Below, in pieces: positions 19,208 through 28,910 of a stretch of DNA of 35,955 nt. Each line of letters begins with the position of its first letter. The first letter of the stretch is position 1. This DNA comes from Microcoleaceae cyanobacterium (GTDB taxonomy: Bacteria > Cyanobacteriota > Cyanobacteriia > Cyanobacteriales > Microcoleaceae), in NCBI GenBank assembly GCA_051652765.1, contig JBOFUV010000153.1:1-35955 (forward strand), in the 5' to 3' direction. The position numbers and the translations under genes were made by a program. Below the pieces are notes generated by a model. The model made no database searches. It had not been told where the DNA came from and was given only the letters and a program-made list of their open reading frames with translations.

Positions 19208-19726
19208 TCAATTAGAACTCAACTTCTCATAACGAATATTTACATTCCGTTTATTGCCTAAATTAACACCCTGAACTACAACTGCCAACCCATTAGGAGC
19301 CCCTTCAAAGACTAGGCTAAAGGTCGCATCAGTAATAGCAGTATTAAGTTCTCGCTCTTTTAGGCCCTGGCCAGTCAAACTCTTACGATAGAATTCAATG
19401 GCTTCTATGAGACTGAGCTTTGTTTGAAAATTCACGGACTCACCAACCCCGACTCCTGGCTGCTTGGTCAGATTCTCTGCATCCTGAGGAATGGGAAACC
19501 CTGCTGTTGTTTCTAGTGCTTGAGCAGGTTGAGTTAGAAGAAGAGATACCGTTGAGTTTTGTGGGCTGAGCATTGTGGAAGTCAGTTCACTGCCCTCAAA
19601 AGCACCAAGCATGATTGCGGTTAGAATCAGAGTTTGAGGGAGTAAAACCTTAGGGAAGAACACTTCAGGGAAGAAAACTTTAGGGAAGAAAACTTCAGGG
19701 AGTAAAACTTTAAACTCTATAAACAT
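19208..19726 (-). CDS. Hypothetical exported protein
   Basis: GGAGA RBS; hydrophobic N-terminus; FPIPQDA...IEFYRKSL...G small alpha/beta domain. Confidence 0.7.
   Translation of the reverse strand: MFIEFKVLLPEVFFPKVFFPEVFFPKVLLPQTLILTAIMLGAFEGSELTSTMLSPQNSTVSLLLTQPAQALETTAGFPIPQDAENLTKQPGVGVGESVNFQTKLSLIEAIEFYRKSLTGQGLKERELNTAITDATFSLVFEGAPNGLAVVVQGVNLGNKRNVNIRYEKLSSN
19637..19711. repeat. In-frame 15-bp tandem repeat x5 encoding (K/E)V(L/F)(L/F)P
   Basis: Units starting AGGGA at 19637, 19652, 19667, 19682 and 19697. Confidence 0.92.
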
Positions 19727-19892
19727 TAGTCACTTCTCCAACTATTTACTAAGATTTACTTGGGTTCCAACTTCGGGTCTACGCTCTGTCATCCATCGTT
19801 TCATTCATCATTTACAGCGCCTGACCCTTGTACACCCAACCCCATTCAACAGTTAAAAATTGCCAACTCTCTTGCAAAGTTTACACTAAAGT

Positions 19893-20234
<342 letters not shown>

Positions 20235-20267
20235 TCAAGTTTTCTCGATAGTTTGATCTCGATTTCT

Positions 20268-20281
20268 GTATATTTCATAAC
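20268..20281. promoter_or_regulatory. NtcA/CRP-family-like site
   Basis: GTA-N8-AAC, one mismatch to GTA-N8-TAC, inside the palindrome TCTGT-N10-ACAGA. Confidence 0.4.
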
Positions 20282-20742
20282 AGATTTTTGACGTTGAATC
20301 TTCAGTTAGCTATAGGTTTTAACAAAGTTACCCACTAATCGTTCTAAAAAATGTTACACTCTGTGGGGTTTAAAACTCTAATTTTTCTCAACATCAGGAA
20401 TTTTTCCCTGAACCAATCGCATTCTTATCATTTCAGGATAGCAAGGTACAAAGAGTTTGACTGATTTAAGATTGCTACAGTAATCTGATTTGAAGTGTAA
20501 ACCTTGAATTGAAATCTTGCACACCTAAACTGGAGACTTGCACCTACAAATGTAGCCGTTATTATTTAGATGCGATAGGGTACAGAGCGACTCCCCTGGA
20601 TTCCTCTTTGAAGGGGATGTAAGGGAAGATATCCCTCACTGATTGAAAAACCGCTTATTCGACAGGTCATTGCTTGAAGCTGACTGGTTGCAAAAATGGG
20701 TAATCCGAAACATTAACCACAAAACATTAGTTTGGAGATGAA

Positions 20743-21357
20743 ATGATGATTGATCTCTATACCTTTACCACACCAAACGGACGCAAGCCTGCAATTATGC
20801 TAGAGGAAGTCAACCTTCCTTACAATCCAATTAAAATTGATATTTCTAAAGGAGATCAATTTTCTCCAGAGTTTATTGCGATTAATCCAAACAGTAAAAT
20901 CCCAGCAATCATTGATCAAGATACTGGAATTACTGTGTTTGAGTCGGGTGCAATTCTGATTTATTTAGCAGAGAAAACAGGCCAATTCCTACCAACAGAT
21001 ATTACAGGGCGAATTCAGGTGCTTGAATGGCTGATGTTTCAAATGGGCAGTGTGGGGCCAATGTTTGGTCAATTCAATCATTTTCGCCGTTTTGCCCCTG
21101 AAAAAATTCCCTATGCAATTGAACGCTATGAGAAAGAAACCTTGCGGTTGTACGGAGTGATGGATGGACAATTTGCTAAACATGAGTTTCTGGCTGGAGA
21201 CTATTCCATTGCTGACATTGCCACCTATCCTTGGGTTGCTGGCTATGAAATGATGGGCTTAACTTTAGATCATCATCCCAATTTAAAACGGTGGGTAGAA
21301 ACTTTAGAAAAGCGTCCGGCAGTTCAGAAAGGGATGGCAGTTTTAGCTGACTCATAG
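20743..21357 (+). CDS. Glutathione S-transferase (YfcG/Ure2p-like)
   Basis: TPNG, INPNSKIPAI, FESGAILIYLAEK, YSIADIA. Confidence 0.93.
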   Translation: MMIDLYTFTTPNGRKPAIMLEEVNLPYNPIKIDISKGDQFSPEFIAINPNSKIPAIIDQDTGITVFESGAILIYLAEKTGQFLPTDITGRIQVLEWLMFQMGSVGPMFGQFNHFRRFAPEKIPYAIERYEKETLRLYGVMDGQFAKHEFLAGDYSIADIATYPWVAGYEMMGLTLDHHPNLKRWVETLEKRPAVQKGMAVLADS

Positions 21358-21406
21358 TTTGCCTGAACATCACAATTTAAGCTTCAATAAAACGTTGGTT
21401 TCTAGG

Positions 21407-22990
21407 TTATCTTTGCCACTTAAACCAGTTTGAGGTTAATGTTTTGACCCATCCTGTAATCCAACTCAAGTTGTACTGATCGGCTGCTTTTCGAATAAGT
21501 TCGGCTTGAGTTGGATAGGGATAAACTGTTTTTGCTAATGTTCCCAAGCCCACATTGCTAACCATTGCTAGCGTGATCTGACTAATGAGTTCTCCAGCGT
21601 GAGGAGCAACGATTGTTGCCCCTAGAATTTTATCGCTTCCTCGTTTTACATGAACTTTAATAAATCCTTCAGTGTCTTCATCTAAAATGGCTCGATCAAC
21701 TTGATTTAACGGCACATAAAATGTTTGGATAGTTTCTGTTTGTTGAGTTTTATCCTGTTGAGGTTTAGTCTGTTGAATTTCAGCCTCAGTGATCCCAACG
21801 TGAGCAATTTCTGGGTCGGTATAAATGCAGGATGGCATCACTAAACTACTGAGCTTTTTTCGTCCAATTCCGCCAATTGAAAACAGGGTATTTTGAACCA
21901 CAATCCGAGCCGCAGCATCGGCAGCGTGAGTAAATTTCCAGTTCATGCAGACATCTCCTACCGCATAAATATTGGGATTGTCTGTTTGTAAAAAATCGTT
22001 GACTAAAATGCCTTGTTTTGCATCAAACTTCACGCCAACATGGTCTAAATTTAATCCTTTGACGTTAGGTTGACGACCGACTGCAACTAAAATCTCATCG
22101 GCTGTGATTTCTTGATCAATCCCAAGGGCTGTATAGCGAATTACTTTCTTTTGTGCTTGAGCAGTCACCTCTTGTACCTGGGCGTTGAGCACTAAATTTA
22201 CACCTTCTCGTTCTAGAACATTTTGCAGCAGTTTTGAGGCTTCTAGATCTGACTTGGGGAGAATTTGTTCTCCTTGTTGAAGTAGGGTGACTTGAGAACC
22301 TAACCGCTGAAATGTTTGTGCCAATTCACAACCGATATATCCCCCACCAATAACAGTAAGTTGTTGGGGACATTGGGTGAGAGAAAAAATAGTTTCATTC
22401 GTTAAATATCCGACTTCAGCTAGTCCTGGAATTGAGGGTTCAACGGGACTCGAACCTGTGGCAATCACTGCTTTTTTAAACTTGAGAGTTTGCCCATTAA
22501 CGTCTAAGGTATGATGCCCTAAAAAACAGGCTGCTCCAAAGAAAATATCTACTCCAAATTCTTGCTGAAACCGTTTGGCAGAATCATGATGACTAATCTC
22601 TGCTCGCAATCGTCGCATTCGTTCCATCACGGCAGAAAAATCAATCTCAATCCCAGGGGGAACCTGAATTCCATAACGGTATGCTGATGCAATTGCAGCA
22701 GCTATCCGCCCTGACCGAATGATAGCTTTAGAAGGAACACAGCCTGTATTTGTACAGTCTCCGCCTAAAAGATGCTTTTCAATCAAGGCCACCTTTGCCC
22801 CAAATAAACCTGCTCCTGCAGCAGTGACTAACCCTGCCGTTCCTCCTCCGATGATAACAAGGTTGTAACAATCGGTAAATTGAGGATTTTGCCAATCAGA
22901 GGGATGCAGATTGGCAATCAGTTCTTGATTTGCATGATCCATGGGAATCACAGTAACGGGTGAGGTCATATCAGTTGTGTTTATTGTCAT
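21407..22990 (-). CDS. Class I pyridine nucleotide-disulfide oxidoreductase (mercuric reductase-like family)
   Basis: GGGTAG FAD motif, GGDCTNTGCVPSK redox disulfide, GGGYIG, YPYPTQAE; no C-terminal Cys-Cys. Confidence 0.9.
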   Translation of the reverse strand: MTINTTDMTSPVTVIPMDHANQELIANLHPSDWQNPQFTDCYNLVIIGGGTAGLVTAAGAGLFGAKVALIEKHLLGGDCTNTGCVPSKAIIRSGRIAAAIASAYRYGIQVPPGIEIDFSAVMERMRRLRAEISHHDSAKRFQQEFGVDIFFGAACFLGHHTLDVNGQTLKFKKAVIATGSSPVEPSIPGLAEVGYLTNETIFSLTQCPQQLTVIGGGYIGCELAQTFQRLGSQVTLLQQGEQILPKSDLEASKLLQNVLEREGVNLVLNAQVQEVTAQAQKKVIRYTALGIDQEITADEILVAVGRQPNVKGLNLDHVGVKFDAKQGILVNDFLQTDNPNIYAVGDVCMNWKFTHAADAAARIVVQNTLFSIGGIGRKKLSSLVMPSCIYTDPEIAHVGITEAEIQQTKPQQDKTQQTETIQTFYVPLNQVDRAILDEDTEGFIKVHVKRGSDKILGATIVAPHAGELISQITLAMVSNVGLGTLAKTVYPYPTQAELIRKAADQYNLSWITGWVKTLTSNWFKWQR

Positions 22991-23193
22991 TACGTGTATT
23001 GTTAATCAATTTATTGCTATTCAATTGATTGTGACTAACCCTAATTTAAAAAGCAAGCCTAGCCTGCTGTCAACTCTCTAAAGGAGGAATCAAGGAAGTT
23101 CAGAAGTGGTGTACAAAGTACTATAGAATTTATCAAAAAACCTGACTAAAATCTGATTAAAAGCAAGGTTTTTCTAGATACCTCAACTCGTAA

Positions 23194-23208
23194 ATTCGGT
23201 TTCCCGTA
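23194..23208. promoter_or_regulatory. K-box/Rre1-like heat-shock element upstream of the Hsp20 gene
   Basis: ATTCGGTTTCCCGTA, exact reverse complement of 14342-14356. Confidence 0.65.
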
Positions 23209-23386
23209 ATTTCTTGTGAGGCTGAAATTCAATTCTAAGATTAGATGATTAAAAAGAGTGAGGAACTTCTCCCTTTTAAGGGCGGTTTTTCCCATTTAAA
23301 CTTCTTTTTATCTCGGGCATGATTGGAAATGTAAACCCGGCTAATCAAACAATATTTCTGAATTTACCTGTTAGGAGCAGAATCCA

Positions 23387-23860
23387 ATGATGTTACTCAC
23401 TCACAATCCCTTCGCTGAAATCCAGAAAGTTCAACGCCAATTCGATCAAATGTTAACTGAAATGATTAACCCTCCAGTTCCTGATTGGACTCCTGAAATT
23501 GAAGCTCAAGAAACCTCAGACGCTTTTATAATTCGGGTAATCGCCCCTAATTTAGAGACAGAAAGCTTGGACATTCAAGTCAGCAAGCAGGCGATCGCCA
23601 TCTGCGGTAAAACCCAACGGACTGAACTCCCTGAAGGAGCAAAATATCTCTATTCCGAGTTTCCTGTAGGTCAGTTTCGCCAGGTACTGTCTCTCCGGGA
23701 TACCATTGTGAATACTGAGGTTAAGGCCAACTATGCTAACGGCATTCTCACCGTCACATTACCTAAAGCCTCAGAAACCAAGAATCGGGTTGTTAAAGTC
23801 AACTTGACAGAGACCCATCAGTCCGAACCGTTAGAAACCGCTGAAGCAGGTCATCAGTAG
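23387..23860 (+). CDS. Small heat shock protein (Hsp20/alpha-crystallin)
   Basis: SEF..GQFR, ANYANGILTVTLPK; AGGAG RBS. Confidence 0.93.
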   Translation: MMLLTHNPFAEIQKVQRQFDQMLTEMINPPVPDWTPEIEAQETSDAFIIRVIAPNLETESLDIQVSKQAIAICGKTQRTELPEGAKYLYSEFPVGQFRQVLSLRDTIVNTEVKANYANGILTVTLPKASETKNRVVKVNLTETHQSEPLETAEAGHQ

Positions 23861-23913
23861 TCGTTAGCCACAGTTTTGGTTTTATTGTGATGCCCTAACG
23901 AATCAGGGCGAGT

Positions 23914-25095
23914 TTACCTCGCCCTGGCGAGAAGATTTAACAAGGCTGGAGCAATTTTGGTGAGCGGAAGAATCTGTTGCGCCGCACCCAGGGCGATCGC
24001 CGCTTTTGGCATTCCAAAGACAATGGATGTTGCCTCATCCTGAGCAATTGTGAATCCTCCAGTTTGAGCAACGGCAAACAGACCATCTGCCCCATCTCGA
24101 CCCATGCCAGTGAGGAGTACTGCTGCACAGTTCTTGCCATAACACTGGGTCATAGACTCAAAGGTAATCGTAATTGAAGGCCGGTGTCCTCCCAAGGGTG
24201 GAGACACAGTATAAACCAGTTGACCGCTGGGGCCTAAGGTTAAGTGATGAGCCTCTGGCGCAAAGTAAATTGTGCCGGGATGGGGAGATTCACCGTTTTG
24301 GGCGATTTTCACCTGTAAAGGGCATTGGTGATTCAGCCAGCTCACTAACCCTGGCATAAACCCATGACTAATATGTTGCACACAGAGAACTGGAATAGGA
24401 AAGTTGAGGGGCAGTTGAGAAAAGAGGGTGTGAAGTGCTTGGGGGCCGCCTGTTGAGGCTCCAACCGCTAGGATTTTGATCGTTCTAGATAGAGTCGGGG
24501 ATACCAGGGGTTGAGTTGGAGACCCAATCAACTGAGAAGGCTGCGGCGGCAGAGGTGGGTTCAAGGGGGAATGTTTTGGTAAGCTTGCAGAGGTGGATTT
24601 TCCCATCGGTAGGGGATTGTTTAACGGACTATTCCGGCCTGTTGTTCCTGTTGCTGTACCCAAAGCCGGAGTCCTTTTCTGCCTAGAAAAAACTTTTACC
24701 CCTGCCAGAACTTTAACCTTATGAATTAACTCTGGAGCCAGTTGATCATACTCCGAAAGTTGAGCACCTTGAGGCTTAGGAAAAATATCAATGGCTCCAG
24801 CATTTAAAAGTTGAAAGATATTGTGATGATCATTCGTTTGAACTGATGAACTAATCACCAAGATCGGTTTAGGATAAGTTGCCATAATTGCCTGAATAAA
24901 CTCTAAACCGTTCATCTGAGGCATATGAAAATCTGTGCAGATGACATCGGGTTGAGCCACCGGAATCAAGGTCAGAGCCTCTCGCCCCGTTCTTGCACTG
25001 CCAACAACTTCAGTTTCGGGAGTCGATCCTAAAATTCGTTTCAGAATAATCAGAACAACGGGTGAATCTTCAACTAGAAATACTCGGATGGGCAC
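23914..25095 (-). CDS. cheB: Chemotaxis response regulator protein-glutamate methylesterase CheB
   Basis: Receiver domain (VEDS, TDFHMP, KP), catalytic GASTGG, VQH, GMGRDG; start likely GTG 25095. Confidence 0.95.
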   Translation of the reverse strand: MPIRVFLVEDSPVVLIILKRILGSTPETEVVGSARTGREALTLIPVAQPDVICTDFHMPQMNGLEFIQAIMATYPKPILVISSSVQTNDHHNIFQLLNAGAIDIFPKPQGAQLSEYDQLAPELIHKVKVLAGVKVFSRQKRTPALGTATGTTGRNSPLNNPLPMGKSTSASLPKHSPLNPPLPPQPSQLIGSPTQPLVSPTLSRTIKILAVGASTGGPQALHTLFSQLPLNFPIPVLCVQHISHGFMPGLVSWLNHQCPLQVKIAQNGESPHPGTIYFAPEAHHLTLGPSGQLVYTVSPPLGGHRPSITITFESMTQCYGKNCAAVLLTGMGRDGADGLFAVAQTGGFTIAQDEATSIVFGMPKAAIALGAAQQILPLTKIAPALLNLLARAR

Positions 25096-25416
25096 TGAAT
25101 AACTCTCAAAGTTTGGCCACAATCATTCTAATGGTTGGTCTAGCTTGGATGATTGACAAGAAACCAAAATCAGTATGAGGAATATCTCAAGCAATTGTCT
25201 TGAACATTGCCGGGTAAGATGACCCCATCCCCGAAGAACATCCACTCAGCTTGTTGCAGGGTTACGATGGCCGGGATATGTCACCTTAAATCCTATTAGT
25301 CCTATTCTTGAGACTGAAACTATCCCAACATCTAGGGTATTATTCCAGAGGCTGCTAGTATATCTTTATTCGTCAGTCTTCAAGTACGCATTCATACTGA
25401 CATTATATTTTGGGAA

Positions 25417-26118
25417 ATGGGACTGAATTCAACCGTTGTTTTAACTGTCGTATTGTTAATGCTGATGTTTGGGGCAGGTATCTTTAGTTCGGCTTGGGGG
25501 TATCGATTAGGTCGTGAAGCCCTCAAGGAAATTACTCAGCCAGACGTTCGTCCTAGTAACCTAACAGGCAAGACAGATAAACCCATGCGAAAAGAGGCTC
25601 TGCACCTTCTCAAAGAGGCTAATATCCTCACCAGTATAAAGAAGCAGATGGAGGGGGGCGAAGATACAACTGAAGCTGACAAAGTGAATGTCAAGAATAC
25701 TGTTCAAGCTGCCAAACCAGAACTCAAATCAGAAGAGAAGGCTGAACAGGCTAGTCGTGAGATCGTCAATGCTAAACTCCCAATTGTGAGTCGAGATGGC
25801 GGGGTAACTTTAGAAATTACCTCGGTCAGTCGTCGGAGCAACTCCTTGCAATTCAAGGTCAGCATGAAAAACGAAAGCGATCGCTCGATTCGATTTCTTT
25901 ACAGCTTTCTAAATGTGACGGACGACAAGGGTCGAGCCCTCAGCGCAAGTGTAGAAAACCTACCTGGACAATTGCCCCCAGATCGAAAGATCTATCGAGG
26001 AGAGGTGAGCATTCCCACTGCACTTTTGGAAAATGCCAGCGAGCTGAGTCTCAGCTTGACTGACTATCCCGATCAACAGCTTCAACTTCAGGTTTCTGGA
26101 ATTCCCATCACCCAATAG
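25417..26118 (+). CDS. Conserved cyanobacterial hypothetical protein, N-terminal membrane anchor
   Basis: TM helix, LGREALKEITQPD, RFLYSFLNVTDDKGR, LTDYPDQ. Confidence 0.8.
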   Translation: MGLNSTVVLTVVLLMLMFGAGIFSSAWGYRLGREALKEITQPDVRPSNLTGKTDKPMRKEALHLLKEANILTSIKKQMEGGEDTTEADKVNVKNTVQAAKPELKSEEKAEQASREIVNAKLPIVSRDGGVTLEITSVSRRSNSLQFKVSMKNESDRSIRFLYSFLNVTDDKGRALSASVENLPGQLPPDRKIYRGEVSIPTALLENASELSLSLTDYPDQQLQLQVSGIPITQ

Positions 26119-26209
26119 TAGTTAATCCTTTAGCATTAGTCCTTTAGCATTAACCCTGTAAAAAAAGATTGCCACTTGTGAATCCCTTGGCCCTGAGAGA
26201 CCTTCAGTC

Positions 26210-27709
26210 GTGAACTTTCAACTCCCATCTCTGACTTGGCAGGACTTGTTGTTGCGATTGCTGTCCCTTGTGCTGTTGATTGCGATTAATGCTTTTTTTG
26301 TTGCGGCTGAGTTTTCGATGGTTTCAGTGCGGCGATCGCGGATTAACCAGCTTGTGGATGAAGGGGATTTGGCCGCCCGCACAGTGCAAAGCTTGCAGCG
26401 GCGGATTGATCTCCTGCTCTCTACCACTCAGTTTGGGATTACCCTGTCTAGCTTGGCTTTGGGGTGGATTGGAGAGGCGACCCTAGCCTTGGCGATCCGA
26501 GTTGGGGTGGCCTCTTTGCCGCTGGCGGCTGATCTTCAGCAGATCATTGCCCATTCTCTGGCAATTCCGTTATTCACCTTTTTTCTGATTGCTTACCTGC
26601 AAATTGTTCTGGGAGAACTCTACCCTAAGTCTCTGGCTCTGATCTATCCAGAGCAACTCTCTCGGTTCCTGGCCCCTTCTAGTCTGGCGATCGCGCGGTT
26701 TTTCAGTCCTTTTGTCTGGGGCCTCAACCAGTCCACCCGCTGGTTACTGCGCCTCAGTGGCATTGAGTACACGGGGCAACCCTACACCCGAGTTACCCCA
26801 GAGGAGTTGCAACTGATTATTACCACCTCCACGGAGACCGTTGGATTAGAAGCTGAGGAACGGGAACTGTTGAACAATGTGTTTGAGTTTGGAGGTGTGT
26901 TAGCTGAGGAAGTGATGATTCCCCGCACCAACATTGTTGCGATTCCTCAGACTGCGACGTTTCAGACCCTACTCAATGAAATGGTGATCTCCAGCCATTC
27001 TCGTTATCCGGTCACTGGAGAGTCCCTGGATGATATCTTGGGCATCATTGATTTCCGAGATTTAGCCAAACCTTTGGCAGCAGGGATTCTGACTGCGGAC
27101 ACTCCCCTTGAACCCTGGATTCGTCCGGCGCGATTCATCTCAGAGCAAGTGGTGTTGAGTGAATTGTTGCCCTTGATGCAGCGATCGCAATTGGAAATGG
27201 TGATTATCGTTGATGAGTTTGGTGGGACAGCAGGATTGGTCACTATTAGCAATCTCGTCGCTGAAATTATCGGCAACAACACAGAAGGAGGAGAAACTGA
27301 AGACGTTAACCTGCAATATATTGACGAACAAACGTTCCTGGTTCAAGCTCAGTTGGACTTGGAAGAAGTCAACGAGCTTCTGGATCTAAACTTGCCCCTG
27401 ATTGAAGAATATCAAACCCTCGGGGGATTCCTAATCTATCAACTTCAGAAAATTCCAGTACAAGGAGAAACCTTGAAGTATCAAAATATTGAATTCACGG
27501 TAGCTTTGGCCGAGGGGCCGCGCATTGAGCAGATTCAGATTCGGCTCCTAGAATCGGAAGCCAATTCTGGCACCCTACATACCGGTGATCTCCTTGGTTT
27601 TCCGGAAGAGAGTAGTGCGGTATCTGAGCTAGAAACGTCTAGTCAGGCTCCGGAAACTCAATCTTCAGACTTCGAGGTGCTGGAGCCAGACATCAATCAA
27701 CAGCCCTAG
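26210..27709 (+). CDS. Hemolysin/CNNM (DUF21-CBS-CorC) family transporter
   Basis: NAFFVAAEFS, VLGELYPK, CBS pair (VMIPR, HSRYPV, VDEFGG), YQTLGG. Confidence 0.93.
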   Translation: MNFQLPSLTWQDLLLRLLSLVLLIAINAFFVAAEFSMVSVRRSRINQLVDEGDLAARTVQSLQRRIDLLLSTTQFGITLSSLALGWIGEATLALAIRVGVASLPLAADLQQIIAHSLAIPLFTFFLIAYLQIVLGELYPKSLALIYPEQLSRFLAPSSLAIARFFSPFVWGLNQSTRWLLRLSGIEYTGQPYTRVTPEELQLIITTSTETVGLEAEERELLNNVFEFGGVLAEEVMIPRTNIVAIPQTATFQTLLNEMVISSHSRYPVTGESLDDILGIIDFRDLAKPLAAGILTADTPLEPWIRPARFISEQVVLSELLPLMQRSQLEMVIIVDEFGGTAGLVTISNLVAEIIGNNTEGGETEDVNLQYIDEQTFLVQAQLDLEEVNELLDLNLPLIEEYQTLGGFLIYQLQKIPVQGETLKYQNIEFTVALAEGPRIEQIQIRLLESEANSGTLHTGDLLGFPEESSAVSELETSSQAPETQSSDFEVLEPDINQQP

Positions 27710-27925
27710 GGGTTTTCTAGACAAATTTTGCAGCACTTGTCTTGATATTGGGAAACCCCATAAGCCTCTAAGTGGGTTAATTGAGGAGGGATTGGGTCTC
27801 GTCCGCTCAACACGAACCCCTGCACCCCCTCTCAAGATTGACAAACCTTAGAGAATCGTCAACAACTGGATCAGAATCTTGTTAAGATAGAGCCAAACAA
27901 AGGATCATTCAATGACTGGTGGGGT

Positions 27926-28126
27926 ATGCAACCTTTAATTATTCTTGCTTTAGGTGCCATTTATCTAGGTGGGGTATGGAAATTCTGGACTGGCTTTGAA
28001 AATACTAACTTTGTCAAAGACTTTGCTAATCGGGCCCGTCTATCTTTAATGTGGCCAGCCCTGTTGGTAATCAGCAAGTCTTATCGTCAAAATTTTTCGA
28101 AAGCGCTCAAGGGCTCCCGGCGTTAG
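27926..28126 (+). CDS. Small conserved membrane protein (66 aa)
   Basis: YLGGVWKFWTGFENTNF...LMWP...SYRQNF pattern recalled from cyanobacterial small proteins. Confidence 0.75.
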   Translation: MQPLIILALGAIYLGGVWKFWTGFENTNFVKDFANRARLSLMWPALLVISKSYRQNFSKALKGSRR

Positions 28127-28140
28127 GCTATACTGGACAG

Positions 28141-28884
28141 ATGTCCAAAAAAGCCAAGCAACATTCTCAGTCTGTTTCCCCTCAGATGCTACCTGGGTTT
28201 GGTGGCAGTGCTTCAGAGCAATTGCAAGCCCTGATTGAAGGGGTTGCTCTTCGGTTCAATCGAGAGTATCAAGGGCAGCCCTTTGATTTGCCAGAGGAAG
28301 TTGAGGCAATGCCGATCTTCCGAGAACGGGTTTCAGGAACACTACAAGCTCGTATTACTTCCCCATTCTGGAAAGTGGTCAAGCCTCAAAAGGGCGAGGT
28401 CTGCTTAGATCTGGGTTGCGGGGTAAGTTTTCTGATTTATCCATGGCGGGAGTGGAATGCGTTCTTTTACGGACAAGACATTAGTACTGTTGCTCGAGAT
28501 GCTCTTGCCTCGCGAGGGCCACAACTCAATTCAAAGCTCTTCAAAGGGGTTCAGCTAGGGCCTGCCCATCAGCTTAGCTATGAGGCGAATCAGTTTGACT
28601 ATGTGGTTGCCACTGGGTTTAGCTGTTACTATCCTTTGGACTATTGGAAAGCCGTGATGATAGCTGTTAAGCGCGTGCTCAAACCAGAAGGCAAGTTTGT
28701 TTTTGATCTGCTAAACCCTAACACTCCCCTGGCAGAAGATTGGGCAATCCTAGAGACCTATCTAGGGGCAGAAGTTTATTTAGAAGAGCTTTCAGCTTGG
28801 GAAAGCATTATAGAGTCCACCGGGGCCAAGATTCTCAGTCGCCGTGCTGGAGAGCTTTTCCAGGTTTATCAGGTTCAATTCTAA
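28141..28884 (+). CDS. Class I SAM-dependent methyltransferase
   Basis: LDLGCG motif I, FDYVVA, RVLKPEG; start at ATG 28141. Confidence 0.9.
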   Translation: MSKKAKQHSQSVSPQMLPGFGGSASEQLQALIEGVALRFNREYQGQPFDLPEEVEAMPIFRERVSGTLQARITSPFWKVVKPQKGEVCLDLGCGVSFLIYPWREWNAFFYGQDISTVARDALASRGPQLNSKLFKGVQLGPAHQLSYEANQFDYVVATGFSCYYPLDYWKAVMIAVKRVLKPEGKFVFDLLNPNTPLAEDWAILETYLGAEVYLEELSAWESIIESTGAKILSRRAGELFQVYQVQF

Positions 28885-28910
28885 TGCATTCTAAAACCCA
28901 AGAGCCCCGT

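Noticed and set aside
19775..19828. Hammerhead ribozyme (minus strand TGATGA..GAAAC)
   Set aside because: Core lacks the C of CUGAUGA, has no stem II, and stem I is not adjacent to the core
21407..22990. True merA and mercury resistance operon
   Set aside because: No C-terminal Cys pair and no merR/T/P
27781..27835. Novel ncRNA hairpin (TTGAG/CTCAA, GGGT/ACCC, TCGT/ACGA)
   Set aside because: Looks like a degenerate cyanobacterial REP-like repeat; no promoter or terminator support
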